Under the pieces are notes generated by a model. The model did no database searches, was not told the DNA's origin, and worked only from the letters and a program-made list of their open reading frames with translations. A stretch of 63,764 bases of DNA, filler included, from Neolecta irregularis DAH-3 (lineage: Eukaryota): the NCBI GenBank assembly GCA_001929475.1. It is 6 parts of 6 records of this genome, joined end to end, with 100 filler letters (N's around TTAATTAATTAA, not from the genome) between each part and the next. Parts side by side here need not be neighbours in the genome. Positions count along the whole stretch, not along the records: positions 44,057 to 50,459 come from LXFE01000289.1; positions 50,560 to 58,025 come from LXFE01003004.1; positions 58,126 to 63,764 come from LXFE01000291.1; 3 more parts are not named here. One strand, given 5' to 3'. The translations under genes were made by a program, and so were the position numbers. Positions within the stretch are counted from its first letter, which is position 1, and every line of letters begins with the position of its first letter. This document shows, piece by piece, positions 45,738 through 58,754 of the stretch.

Positions 45738-46120
45738 ATGACAACCCGTAATTCAAATACTGTCCTTGATAACTGGAAATAATAGCTTAGATATCGAAAA
45801 TCATAATCTCATTTGAATAATTGCAAGTATTTTATCTGATGAATATCTAGATAAGCTCCGGGGTATACCTGATAAAGAATTAAAGATAATAAAGCAAGGT
45901 TTATACCAAACTCTTTAATATTCAATTGGTTTAAGAGTTCCAATAGAATATGTCGAACTTTTAGCTTAAAAGGGGTATATAAAATATAAAATTCAATAAG
46001 TATTAGTTCTAATATTATATAAAGAGATTAATTATATAACGAGATTAATTATATAGAGTAGGAATAATTCTTGATAAAGATGTATTTAAATAAATCAATT
46101 CCTAATTACTAGGTACTAGT
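45738..46120 (+). pseudogene. AT-rich decayed ORF/transposon relic
   Basis: Strongly AT/TpA-rich. One frame reads as protein interrupted by TGA/TAA codons. Confidence 0.4.
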
Positions 46121-46216
46121 TCGAGACGGGACACGCTAGAAGACTGGCAGGCAAGTAGAAAGGTATTTTTATTTTCTCAATATATTATATCGTGTTGGGA
46201 GGGGTTATCCCAACCT

Positions 46217-47829
46217 ATGTTCAACCGCAAACGATCCCGTTCTCCTTCCCTAACCAATATTCGCCAGAAATCTTTACAAGACGCAGAATTAACTCGGCAG
46301 TGGGTTGCCGGCGAAGACGACTTTGTTCTTAAACAGTCTCGAAAACGTGCTGAAATTCGTGTTCGAGAGAATAGGGCGAAACCAATTGATCTCCTCGCAA
46401 TCCAGTTGCGATTAATTGACATCAACCGCGAGCCTGAAGTTGATGATGAATTAGAGAATGTGGAGTATGAAATTTTGGATCCGGTAGAGGTTATTGAGGG
46501 CCTGAGCTTCAACGAACTTTCATCCTTGAAGGAGGAAGTTATTGAGCAAAACAAACTGGAAAGGGTGAAGGTGAATCTCGCCTTTTGGAAAGTATGTATT
46601 TTTTAACCATTTGGGACTTATTGTAGTGTGTGCTATCCATCTGCGAAGACATTCTTTCGCGCGCAACGAGTGATCAAAGAGCAGCTCGTGCTGTGAACAA
46701 TGTCGCCTCGGATATTACTCGATTATTTTCCACAAAGAGTCTCACTGAATTAGGAAAGGTGGAAAATCAAATAGAAGAAAAACTGAGGAGCAATGAGCCG
46801 ATTGATGTTGACTACTGGGAACAGTTACTTAAGCATCTTCGCGTTTGGAAAGCCAAGGCAAAATTACGTGAATTGTACAATATGATTAGTCGTAATCGAA
46901 TGGAAGAAGTTCGAAGGCGCCAAAGAAATGAAGGCCGAAGAGTTCAGGAGGAGTTTCGCCGAGAGATTTCAAAGGCAAAGCTGCAAAAACCGATAACGGT
47001 ATTCAAGGATATGGATCCAGCTCCTGTCGCCGATCCTGGAATCTTTACAATTACCTCAGAGGCGGATCATGCTGGACGGATCGTACGCCGTTGTTGGTAT
47101 TAGAACTGAGATCTTAGGCTTTTTTGCGATCAAAACACGCAAAAAATCAATTCATTCCCAAGAAAAATCCCGTTCAGGCAATTAATGCCAACTTGACGGG
47201 CCTTGCGAAATCAGTTCTCACTTCCGAAGAAGAATTCTCTAGGCAAACGCAAGCTCTCATTATTAAGGAATCTGAAAATATTGGCAATGAAGAAAACGAA
47301 GAAGAAACTTTTAGCACAGAAGCAGATATACCAATTAATACACCTGATTGGGCAGATAAATATCGACCTCGAAAACCTCGTTATTTCAATCGTGTTCAAC
47401 TGGGATTCGAATGGAACAAGTATAATCAAACTCACTACGATGCAGATAATCCTCCGCCAAAGGTGACTATTCTGCTATTTTCCTGGTTCACCATCAGGTC
47501 GTCCAAGGGTACAAATTTAACATTTTCTACCCAGATCTTCTTGATCCTTCCAAAGCTCCAACCTATCGTATTGAACGAGACTCGAAAAAACCAAAGGGCG
47601 GTTTTCGCATTGAAGACGAAACCTGCGTATTACGATTTATAGCCGGTCCTCCGTATCAGGACATCGCTTTTCGGATCGTGGATAATGATTGGGATTACAG
47701 TAGCAAGCGAGACCGCGGTTTCAAGTGTGCATTTGAGAAAGGAGTTTTACAGTTGCATTTTCATTTTAAAAGAGTATTCTCCTTCATGATTGGTTTTCTG
47801 ACAACGAAAAGATCTTTTATCGCAAGTAA
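46217..47829 (+). CDS. cay1: Cactin (spliceosome-associated; S. pombe Cay1) (multi-exon)
   Basis: EDDFVLKQSRKRAEIRVRENRAKPIDLL, DVDYWEQLL, KYRPRKPRYFNRV..GFEWNKYNQTHYD.DNPPPK|VVQGYKFNIFYPDL and AGPPYQDIAFRIV; ends IFYRK*. Confidence 0.94.
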
Positions 47830-48416
47830 CGCCTTATTGCTCAGAATACGAGGATGGAGGGAATGTACTTTTAGAAGTTTACTGTGGATAAAAGCGTTCA
47901 TTCGATAAATTGGCGCTGGAATTCAGGGATGATACAGGTCGATGAGTACGGCAGATTGCCCTTTCCAGTCTACTGTATGAGAGTTGACGTTGCCTATCAG
48001 TCAGTATGATGTGTGTAGCATATCACCTGGTTTTCTACTGCTAGAAATATTCATCACTGTTCAAGGATCCAGATGACCTGATTCATCCGTTAGGTGTTGA
48101 CTTTTAATAGATCATGCTCAGTGCGAATCTGCTCTTCTGCAAACCTCCAACCTGTTCAGCTTTCACAACCACACCCCACATGTTTACTCTTCCACTAACG
48201 ATCATTCCCATGTGAATGTTATAATCTATTTTTGAGTGAATATCTAAGATATATTGTGGGTTTTGGAAGAAATATATTTGTTATCTTACTTGGTACAACC
48301 TGGTAAATTTTCGCAAAAGGAGTATTTCAAATCGTATGACAGGCTTTCATCCGTTTTTAAACAAAAGGAGCTGCTGACTAGTGAAGAAAACTTTATTCCA
48401 TCATAATAATAAATAA

Positions 48417-49420
48417 TCAAGCCTGCTTACCCTCCATCCGCCTCGTAACAAATCCTTCTGCAACCACTCCTGTAGCAAGTGCAATTGCTTCTTCAAACCA
48501 AACTTCGCATCCTTCCTGAGTGATCCAATCCTTTGGAAACGCTTGGCTTTTGGTAGAAATTTCGGTTCCGTAATTATCTTTCAAGTACACCACAAACAAT
48601 AATTCACTACTGTTGACAAATGTCGAGATTATACTTATATTTAGAGTGGATTGATTGGGTATAATAACACTCTGTAATATTTAGCATAAATACCCAGAGG
48701 GCCATACTTTGGAGAGTAATAATGCTTCATCAATTCCATTGACCGGAGTACCGCCACCAGGCGATCCCTCAGCTTTGGTTACACTCAAGCGAACACTAAT
48801 TTCATTCATAACCTGTCGGTCAGTACCTTTCGATATTAGAGGACCTTTTCGAAAATACTATAAACAACTTTCTCGCAGTCTACCCCGTCGACATCCCACC
48901 ATACCTTAACATTTAGAGCTTCAAGATCGGAAATTGGGGGAGCAATGGTATTGATTACATCTTTCAGGGTGTTTCTAATTTGTGGGGCATTGGCCTCAAT
49001 AGCTGCTGTCGCACTGTTTAATAACCCCGAAAAACTCCATAAATTTTTAACCTCCTTTTGAATCGTCGTCGGTGGAGAGGCACGGAGATCGCGAGGAGTA
49101 TTAGGTCGGCTGGGTGTTCTTATTTCTTCGCTAAATCTGCTCGGTGTCTTGGTAGATGCAGTAGCATCAAGCTGTTTGTATCTGATACCGGCAGTATGTT
49201 TTGGACTAGCACTGCGCGGCGTTTCGCGACGCGGAGTCTGTGGACGAGAAGTAGGCTTTGAAAGTTCGTCGAGGAAGCCAAGGACGTCGGCTTCAGTCTC
49301 ACCAAGGCCAGCGCCAGATTCGTCTTTGGTTTCTGGAACTACGCCAGTTTGAGCGTCAATATCAAGTTGCTCGAGCAAAGAAAGTACATCTTGCTCGCTT
49401 TTTGGAGGATTGGACGTCAT
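48417..49420 (-). CDS. MTC1: Mtc1 (maintenance of telomere capping 1)-like protein (multi-exon)
   Basis: EADVLGFLDEL, VINTIAPPISDLEAL, VYSIFEKV, TKSQAFP..W and WFEEAIALATGVVAEGFVTRRM. Confidence 0.8.
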
Positions 49421-50169
49421 TGGCGAAATCACCAGGCTTGAGTTTGGGTCACACCTAACCCCATCTACATCATCAAGTCTCGGCAATATACATGCCGAGC
49501 AGAAAATAGGCCAAGTTATTCCCAATGACATCCAGTCTTATCTGCTTCTTGAATACCATGAGGAGGATTTGTTGTTTCAAACTCTAAACTAAGCTTCTCC
49601 GTCACATGTATAAAGAGCTACATGCTATAAGGAGATCCAAGGAGGTAGACATGTAAGCATATCAGCTGAGAGGTTCAATATATTATGATACATTTACCCT
49701 CCTTTCTTTTCCTTTTTATTTTCTTCTTTTAGCTCACCGCTGATTGTGAATGCGTTCTTTAACGTAACCCTAACCCTTTATTCAAGCTATTTGACATCTT
49801 TTTATAGCTATAGTTCTGTGAGCCTTGTACTTGGGTGTCATTAAGGATGGTGGTGAAGCAGCCTGATCACCGCAACGTCATTGCCCAGCACTGCAAAGAA
49901 AATGCGAGCTTTCACTTACACAACACATGGTTCTCCTGCTTCTGTACTCCATCCGACCATCCTGCACCTTCTTCGCCGACAGCAACTCAGGTTCTAGCTA
50001 AAGTAAGGGTTAGGAGATGGTTTCGGGATTGTCTTTCCTTTCGCCAGTAGTGAAGCTGTTTCCCTCTGCCACTTCTCGATATGATATTGCACAAATGAAT
50101 CAATTGGGCCATGTAGTTGGATTGAAGAACCTTATCAGGTCATTGGCAACTCCTTGAGGTATATAAAAT

Positions 50170-50300
50170 CTATCTTGTAGTAGTTCAACAACTGTTCTTT
50201 TCTGCTTGCCTAACAATAATGTTATAGGGCCATCATTGCCAATTCGGTGGCCCTCAACATCAAGTGCAAGATGTTTGATAGCACTGATTGTAGCTGCAGT
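50170..50300 (-). pseudogene. Possible fragment of a DEDD 3'-5' exonuclease (EXD1-like ExoI motif)
   Basis: Minus frame reads AIKHLALDVEGHRIGNDGPITLL; no intact downstream domain. Confidence 0.3.
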
Positions 50301-50559
50301 CTATTTACACCTATGTTGATGGCACCACTTGCATAGAACACAGACTTTTTGTTCCCCATTCACTGCTGAATATGGTAGCCATACTTTCAAATAAAGCTGG
50401 GTTAAGCGAGGCGAGTTTTGACAGGGCGGCGAGTGGGTGCAGGCACGGCCGGGATGAAGNNNNNNNNNNNNNNNNNNNNNNNNNNNNNNNNNNNNNNNNN
50501 NNNTTAATTAATTAANNNNNNNNNNNNNNNNNNNNNNNNNNNNNNNNNNNNNNNNNNNN

Positions 50560-50767
50560 AGCCGCCGAGGGGATCATTTGGTTTCCATTCGGTAACCTTT
50601 AGTAACTTCTTTTTATCTTCATCGTCAGGCAATCGACTGGGATAATGGATGATATCATCCACAGAGTCATAAATGTACCAAGTTGCATGCTTGATAGGAT
50701 CGTAGTCAGAACAGTCTACCAGTCGGAAGAGTAAACCGACAAATAGGCAAAGAATATCAAGTTGCAT
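50560..50767 (-). CDS. 5' part of a secreted protein, truncated by a gap
   Basis: ATG followed by a signal-peptide-like MQLDILCLFVGLLFRLVDCS. Confidence 0.55.
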
Positions 50768-50971
50768 AAGAGTATTCGGCTCGACAGATATATTGTAGAA
50801 AAACCTAAGAATGTGTTTAGGAACAGTTCAACGATAGAATTTTGCGATCGTGAAAATTTCTGTCATTTTATACCCACAACATTTAAATGAATGTCATTTG
50901 TAATTCTACTGGTTTCATCTAATATGTCTCGGCCATCATATTAAGTCTTATCATATTATCTCACTGAGAAA

Positions 50972-51100
50972 TACAGTAGAACCTGGTTATAATGAGTTTG
51001 GCGTTCAGGGGTTTGAATTCGTTATACAGTCGACCCTGCTTATAACGAATCTGCCGTTCAAGACTCAAGAGTGTTGAATTCGTTATAAGGCGGATTCGTT
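50972..51100 (+). mobile_element. Two tandem/nested Tc1/pogo-like TIR starts
   Basis: TA-CAGTAGAACCTGGTTATAA (50972) and TA-CAGTCGACCCTGCTTATAACGA (51025), each followed by GAATTCGTTATA. Confidence 0.6.
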
Positions 51101-51388
51101 CTGTCATGATAGAAAAATAGAAAACAAACAGGATCCAATCCAATCCAATCAAATCAAAATGAATCAGAGAAAAATATAACTTGATTCAGTCTCAAATCAT
51201 CTCTGGGTAGCTGTCAGAGCAAGTCTCTGTCCTAATCCAGGGCTTCCATGGATCTCTTGCGTTCACGATCATCAACATCTATCCCTGGCCTCAGTTCTAT
51301 CATTTCGGTATAATATTTCAAGATATATCTATATCAATACAAATTTAACTAACCCTCTATTTCAAACACTCATGTCATGGTATTGAAG

Positions 51389-52400
51389 TCAAGACTCTTT
51401 ATATAGAGTATGCCCTTTACTATTGTGTTTTTCATTTAGCTTGGTTTTCCGAATGCCATGTTCAATCGACTTTCGCTGAGAGCGATTAAACGGAGTGAAG
51501 TAATTCTCAACCACTTCGAGTTTGGACCCCGGACACAGGCGAATGGATACTTCTTCGTCATCATCATCTTGTGATTCGTTTGTTAAAGTAATAGGTTGAG
51601 GCGGGATGATTTTCACGTCATCTTCAACTGCAACTGCGCCAACGCCTTTCAGTCCTGCGATTCCGTATCCCATGGCACCTAGTATCGCTCTGATCTTTGA
51701 CCCTATCAAGCCGGTAGGATATTTCTCTGGTAGCTTCATTATTTCATTTGCATCCAGGATAGGATTCATCAAATAGTCAGCCTTCTTGTCTTCGATATGA
51801 GGGGATGCAGAGCGATCGCTGGGCCATCATATAAATTTGTATTGAAAACCACATTTCCTTTCTTCGTCGTTGCAGAGTGGAAATCAACTGCTATCTGGAG
51901 GGGAAATGGCTTTTCAGCCTTTCTAGTGTTGTACCAATGTTCGGCTTCATTTCCCCAACGATTGCTTAGAATCCTTCTTACATCAGTTGTTGTATCCAAT
52001 TATCTCCCATCTTAAACTTGAGGAATTTGCCGTCCGGACTGTCATAATGTTGAGAGCTTAATACTTTATTACTTTCCACCTCTACCGTAGTCTGGGAAAA
52101 AGGAGGCACTAAGAAAGAATCTTCAGATATTTCTTTTTTGTCATCCTAGGGCCATAAACGGTTGAAGCCAAGAGTGTGTATCATTTCATGCATCAGGAAT
52201 GCAATGTTATGTTCATCATTATCGGGCTGCGTTAATGTCAGCGTACTTTGACAAGTCGAACATACGTTGTTCCAATGATAACGTGGATTGAGAATTATGA
52301 AATTATCATATTCCATAAAAGGTGCTTGCAATGATTCGTATTCCCCCGGGAGAAACATATTCTTCACAAGCGGCTGAGGATAGTACCTGAATCGTAAGAA
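51389..52400 (-). pseudogene. Disrupted zincin metalloprotease, leishmanolysin/GP63 (M8)-like
   Basis: HEMIHTLGF, a later His region and a Met-turn-like LMNP...IRAILGAMGY, split over several frames by a stop and frameshifts. Confidence 0.6.
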
Positions 52401-52471
52401 ATTTGGGATTTTGCAATGCAGTACAACCTTATTTCATTTCCGATGTCGGTTAAATCGGCGCTGAGGTTAGT

Positions 52472-52586
52472 CCATACCTTGCCAAATATGTATACTTAGG
52501 CTAGGTATGTTCCCTTGTAGGAAGTACCTATACTTCGGCTAATTATAACACTTGGTCTTATTTTACTTTGGAGCGAATAGCTTACA
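52472..52586 (-). mobile_element. Degenerate solo LTR family A copy
   Basis: Minus strand TGTAAG...AAATAAGACCA...TACCTAGCCTAAGTA. Confidence 0.65.
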
Positions 52587-52843
52587 GTTGTCCTCTAGGT
52601 TTAGAATCCATGGGACACTGTACAAGATTACTGGGGGCCCTGATCTACATCTCCTGCTTCACTAAGCTGAATATTGAACTCCATATGAAATTTCAATGTA
52701 GAGTGAGCACAGGAGACAGTAGAGTACTTTGAAGTAAAATAACTCAAACCGAAATCCAATACGGTAGAGTTTACGATAAATAATAACATACTTAGAACCT
52801 TGCACGATGCAGACAAAGACACCGTGCTAATTACGCCTCCTCC

Positions 52844-55800
52844 TTACAACTCATTAGATAGACAGGCCTCTACACAAAAATTGATATAGTCCCGCTTACT
52901 AGCCAAATTGCATCCAAACCGTTTCTCCAATTCATCCTTTACCTGCTTCATAGTGACTGTCATAAGATCGGCTGTCGCGAGAATTTTGCGAATCTGGGCA
53001 AGAATAGCTTCATCAGGGGGAATCGTCTTCTGCTGTGTTTCCCCTGCAAAAGGTGGCATCAACATGGGATGCATTTCCATTTCCGATGCGGGACGTGATA
53101 AGCGAGATTCCGGTGCAACACGAGGCATTCCAAGAAGATCTCCCGAAGAATGGTACCGACTATCCCGCGCAGTCTCATAAGGTGAATTTCGCATTGGGGA
53201 CTGACGGACTGGATCGATACCACCTTGTGTACCTGCTGTAAGCTGGTATCAAAAATGACACATACCACCCCATTCAGATTGTGTGGGTGCCCAAATAGAT
53301 GAACCAGCTCTTGTATTTCCAGAAATGTCACTCCCAGCAACGGGCTCATCCTGGTATATTTCCGATTCATAGTCTTGCCATTTCCTTCGAGGGATAGATC
53401 TGGGATCAAATTTTCCTTCGTCAGTGATAATTTTCTTTTTCCCCTTTTCTCCAGAAATGACGCGAGTGTTACCCCTGACCATATTAGACAAACGGTAAAA
53501 GAGGTAGATACCAAGTGAAATCATCCATTTTCCAAAAGGAATACAGTGGAAGCGCCAAACTGTAAATAGGAATAGCCAGGATGTACAATAACAAGTAAAA
53601 CAACATTTCCCATTTTCGACGAAGAATGAAAATAACGCCTTGCAACCCGTAAATGGCAGCGAGAAGGATCAGCGAAGTCAAGGGAATGCTTGATGAATCC
53701 ACTGAAATCAGGTAAATCATATAACCGAGATAGCCCATCGTAACAGGTTGAATAATAGTACTCATAAGATCCACGAGAACAATAGTCCGGAGACTGAAGC
53801 ATGCAAATCCACAAAGTGTGCTAACCGAAACAAGTTCAACGAGATTGTGAATAGTAGAATTAATCCAGCGACGTCGTTGAGAAAGAAAGACACTCCATAA
53901 CTCGGGCCCGACAGTTTTCGCTTTAGCTTCTCTGATGAATTTTGTTTTGTAAGAGGGGTGAACTTTGAGAAGTAATGTTGTCAAATACCGATCTTCTCCG
54001 AGATGCAAGAGATTCTTGAGATGTAGTGTGTCGACACGAATTTCCGCATAAGCTTCAACAACAGATTTACTAACGAATAAAGGCTTGCCCGTATCTGCGC
54101 TGCGAACTCGGTACATGGTAAAACATCCAGGTAGACAAGTAACACTACCAAATAGACTCTCAAAGGCTTTAGCCATATTATGCGAAATGTAGTATTCGTA
54201 AACTTGAATCATGGTGACAGCTGTTCTCTTTGCATTCGCAAGTTCTGTTTCTCCACAGAGACCAATGATTCGTGTATCATATACGCAATGAGATAACATT
54301 TTAGCAACACTATCCGGCGCAACAACCGTGTCGGCATCAATTCCAAAGACGAATTCATAAAACACCGGGTCGACTCCAATGACATTTCGAATCTGATGGT
54401 ACAGTTCGAGTTCAAGAGGGGTAAGAGGATCATTGTAATGAATTCTGCAAAGAAACCGCATCAAAATCATCTGCGAGTCACGTTTTCCGCGATTCCCGGG
54501 CCGAACAACCTTTGACAATTAGCGTGGGTGGTAGCGTGGGGAAAAGGTGGATATATACCTCTGATGGTTTTCCTGTTTTTACGACAACCACAAATGGCAC
54601 GACGTGGCCCGATACTTCATACAGACCGGAATACACTTTTCCCATATTATGTTGTTTTAATCCTTCTCCAAGGGAATCGAAACTAAGCGGTTCGGGGTCC
54701 ATAGACTGAGATACTCCAAGAATGTCCAAGACGATAGTCGGCGTAGGACGATCGTTTCCCGCCCCGATAATCATTCCGTCACATACAATGAACAATAGTT
54801 TCCGCTTATCATCGTATTTAGTTCGAGCAAGCGAATCGATAGACCCTTTTAACGAGTCCTCGTCTTCAGTATAACATGGCAAAAACGAAATAAAGAATTT
54901 CTCCAATTTCTCTGGATTTTCACTACGAGTGAACTGCAAGGCGGCCAGGAATTTTACAGCGATGATTGAGACGAGGGCAATTGATATGGCGAGGAGAAAG
55001 TATCTTGAAAACATGCACTGTGGGGAATTCCGGTTATCCACTTTTCCGATGAGGAAGATGTTTAATAGACACACCATCATTCGTTTTTTAAGGTCGGCGT
55101 CAATAGGGAGATTTTCAAAGAGTTTTGTATTATCGTGACCGGCTCGTTGTTGGAATAAATCAACGACAGTCGAATCCATAAAACTCAATGCTGAAGACGA
55201 CGGTAGCGATTCTCCAGGTTTAACTAGAAATTTAGCGTTTCCAGAGATATATTCAGTTAAATCAAAGACGTTATCGTTGATTATGGCTAGGGAATTCTGC
55301 TTGTTTGCTAGGGTTTGGACGTATGAGCGAGTATAGCCCATATGACCGACACGATAGTTTGATCTGAGCATGATCATTTGCTCATAGTACCAATCTGGCT
55401 GCGACAAATTGGTAAACACTCGAAAGTCATGGTATTTTGCATTCGTATCAGTAGAAGAGGTGGTATCGAGAGTAACTGATTCATCAACTGTTCCATCCAC
55501 ACCATTACACAGGGCTGATATCTGTATGGGAAAGATGGGAGTAGCGTCTCTGCCTCCGTATGAAAGGACGCTTTTCTGAGCAACAATAGACGGGTAATGA
55601 GTTGGAGCAAATTGTGACTACATGTAAGCATCCCCACTATACTCTGGATATTTCATACCAAATCGAATACCTCCCCTCTAATCGCAACAAGAGCATGCTT
55701 TGGAGTAGTCACAAAGGAGCGGGCAGCAAGTTCTTCCGTGCTGTACACATACTGTCTCGGACAAATCAAATTTCCAAAAACAGCAATGAAGAAGACACAA

Positions 55801-58025
55801 ACACCACACGCAAACCAAATAAGCATGTTGATGAACAGTTTCTCACGCCAAGCCATACGCACGTCTTTCCGTTTAAGTCTACCAAGACGCACGAGTAAGA
55901 AATCAGGAATCCAAAAGGTGAATAAATAAGCGAAAAATACCCATCGTTTACGACTTGACGAAATGGGTATTTCTTCACTGACTTCCTTGTCGTTTTTTTC
56001 GGCAGTTTGGGCTTCCATTACTACTTTTGAATCAAAGTGCCGAAACATGTTTATCGCGGAGGCAGAGGCGCCTGCTTGGGAATAGAATTGCAGGTCTGAT
56101 GCACTTGGAGTTTGAGTGTAAGATGGCGAATCGTTATAATTTCCATAGGCTTGGGTGTCGACTAGTTTCTCCGAGGTGCTTGAACGAGAATGGGCGGAAA
56201 GGAGGTTATGGCGACTTTCAGAGGGAATTATTGGTCGAGATGCCATAGGTTCGAATAAACTACCGCGAGAGGCAGATGGCGACGGTGTATCTAACTGGGC
56301 CGTTCTATAACCAGCAAGTCGGTCTTCTAAATGAGACCACGCAGGTTCGCTTAAAAAGACACTTGTGGAAGCAACTAGTGCATCTGTTGCCGAAAAACCC
56401 ATTTCTTCAACAAAAGAGGAGATTTGGATGCGATCGGTCTCCAAGTCTTGTGAGCTTTCCATAGACAGGTATAGTTCGAGAAACTCTACAATGGGAATAA
56501 CAGTAGTATGTTTGTTTTGTGACAATTGGGTCGCCAGATTGACGATGTTGTAATACTCTAATTGCGATCGAATGCAGTTTGTATCGAACTGATTGGCCAT
56601 TCTTCGGTCGTTGGGTTTTAGACAGATGACAAAGTAAGTTTGCATCATCTCTAGTCCGTCGACGAGGGTGTTCATCGCCGTTCGGAATTGTCCGGCAAGA
56701 CCCGAGACTATCCGCGGATCGGCATCCGCGGGTTGTTTCATGGAAGGCTGTCGCATGGGTCCGGCAGAGACTTGGGCCTGAAGGATTGTGTTTTTACTTT
56801 TAGGATGCATTTCGGTGGCAATCGCCGAGGATCTGAAAAGTTGGGCGATAAAGGGGTTATGCGTACAAGTCAGCGCGCTGTCTTGAGATGCCTCCCCGCC
56901 AAAAATGGTCTATTGTTAGCGATGGACGATGATAGAGATACCATGAAATCGCCCGAGATGACATCACTGTTTTGGTCCAAGATGCCATCTGCGCTGTACT
57001 CTATGTCGCCGACGTAGTGGCGAACGGTAAAGGTCATTTGATGGTTGTTGCGATTAGAAGGCATGGCGCAAGAAAGCTTGGGGTTCTTTTCGAAGCGCTT
57101 AGACAAACTCTCTATAAAAGTTCGATCGGTCTTGCCTCTGCTGATTTTGGCTGTTTGGGAGTCAAGGATTGTGATGATGCCGTTTGAGGGTTTTGAGAGG
57201 GTTTTGACGGTATCTGCATTGTCTATAAACTCAAAGGAGGGGTAACTGATGCCTTCTGATTCGTAGAGGGCGGCTGGTCTTTTGAACATTATGGTGACAA
57301 AGAGGTTGTTTAGCTGTTCGTTTGCGGTGTTTACGAGGAGCTGTGAGAGGACTGTGTCTTCGTAGAGGGAGGCGTGCTGGAAACCGGGAAAGTCTACAAA
57401 GCCGATGATGTTGCTCTGGTCTTCGTCCTTGCAGAGGCGCAGATTGATGGCTTCGACGATCCAGCTGAAGAGGAGGGAATACAACGCGCGGGCGAGTTCG
57501 TCGCAATGGTCGCGGGCCTGGGAGGCGTCGAGCATCAGGGAGACGCGTTCTCGGCCAATCATTTTAGTCTTGTAGCTGAGCGCAGTTTCGAGGGTCTGCG
57601 GGGGTATGCCGAGGAAGAGGGCGACTGTTTGGAGGACATTGTGGTTCTTTATGAGGACGTGGTGGTCTGACTTTCCCTGGTAGAACTCGAGCTGGCCGAG
57701 ATGGAGGATGGCGGCCAAGACCTGGCAGATCTGGGCGGTGTCTTCTTTGAGGATGCCGACTCTGCGAAAGGCAGACTTGAGGAGGGCGAAGCCCTGCTCG
57801 TCGTCGATGCCGGCGTGTCTCTGGGTGGGGTGGCCGAGGTAGCGATAGCGGGCGTTGTCGTCGAACACGAGATGGGCCTTTTCGGGGGCGGAGGTGCCGG
57901 CGAGGAGGTAGTAGAAGACGTGGAAGTTGCGCTCGCCGGTGGGGACTCTGGCGACGCGGGACTTTTCGAGCAGATAGTCCATGAAGCGGCAGCCGATGGC
58001 CTGGGCGGCGCTGGTGAACTGGACC
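52844..58025 (-). CDS. Chitin synthase with myosin motor domain (class V/VII, CsmA-like), 5' truncated by a gap
   Basis: Myosin head ([35 protein letters not shown]), cyt-b5-like region, GT2 motifs (TCLPGCF, LGEDRYL, QRRRW), TM helices and C-terminal DEK_C. Confidence 0.95.
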
Positions 58026-58754
58026 NNNNNNNNNNNNNNNNNNNNNNNNNNNNNNNNNNNNNNNNNNNNTTAATTAATTAANNNNNNNNNNNNNNNNNNN
58101 NNNNNNNNNNNNNNNNNNNNNNNNNCCCCCCCCCCCGTTTGGATGAGCGACTTGACGAGGTAGAGTGTTATCCCGGATATATAATGGCCAGTTTATTGTC
58201 ACCAGCATTAAATACCAGCCAAATCCGCTGTGGACAACCAGGCAAGGATATTAGATACTACTATATTTGCATGACGTTGATCTTGTGGTGCGATCATTCG
58301 AGGCTGAGCGAGCGCCGCTAGCCGCGATTATTTTCCCGCAGGTTTTCGGGTTCCAAGACGCGGAATACTCGTTCACGTCACTTTAATGTTATTGCTTGCT
58401 TCAGATAGATTCAGAGACATTTGTGAGACAGGCAGACCAAGACATCCACTTTTGTTTTTCAGATAGTTCACCCATACACCGCACAGGGTAATCTTGCATG
58501 GCACAACATATATGGATCCACGCCTACCACATCGTCATCTCCAGCACCAAAACGTTCTAGTCACGGCAAGTACAGGCGACCGTTGAGGCTGTGTTGGCTG
58601 CTAGTTTTCATTCCAGAGAATCCCATCGCTGACTCGCCTCCCCCTTTTCCAAATCCTGTCTACATCTTCTTTCACCTCTACCGCCACCTCGGATGAGTAT
58701 TTGAACATTACTTCCACGTCCATCCTTGCACTTTTTCTTTCGCGGCATTGGCAC

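Noticed and set aside
47830-48410. Possible small minus-strand gene between cactin and MTC1
   Set aside because: Splice-like signals are present, but no coherent recognisable protein could be assembled.
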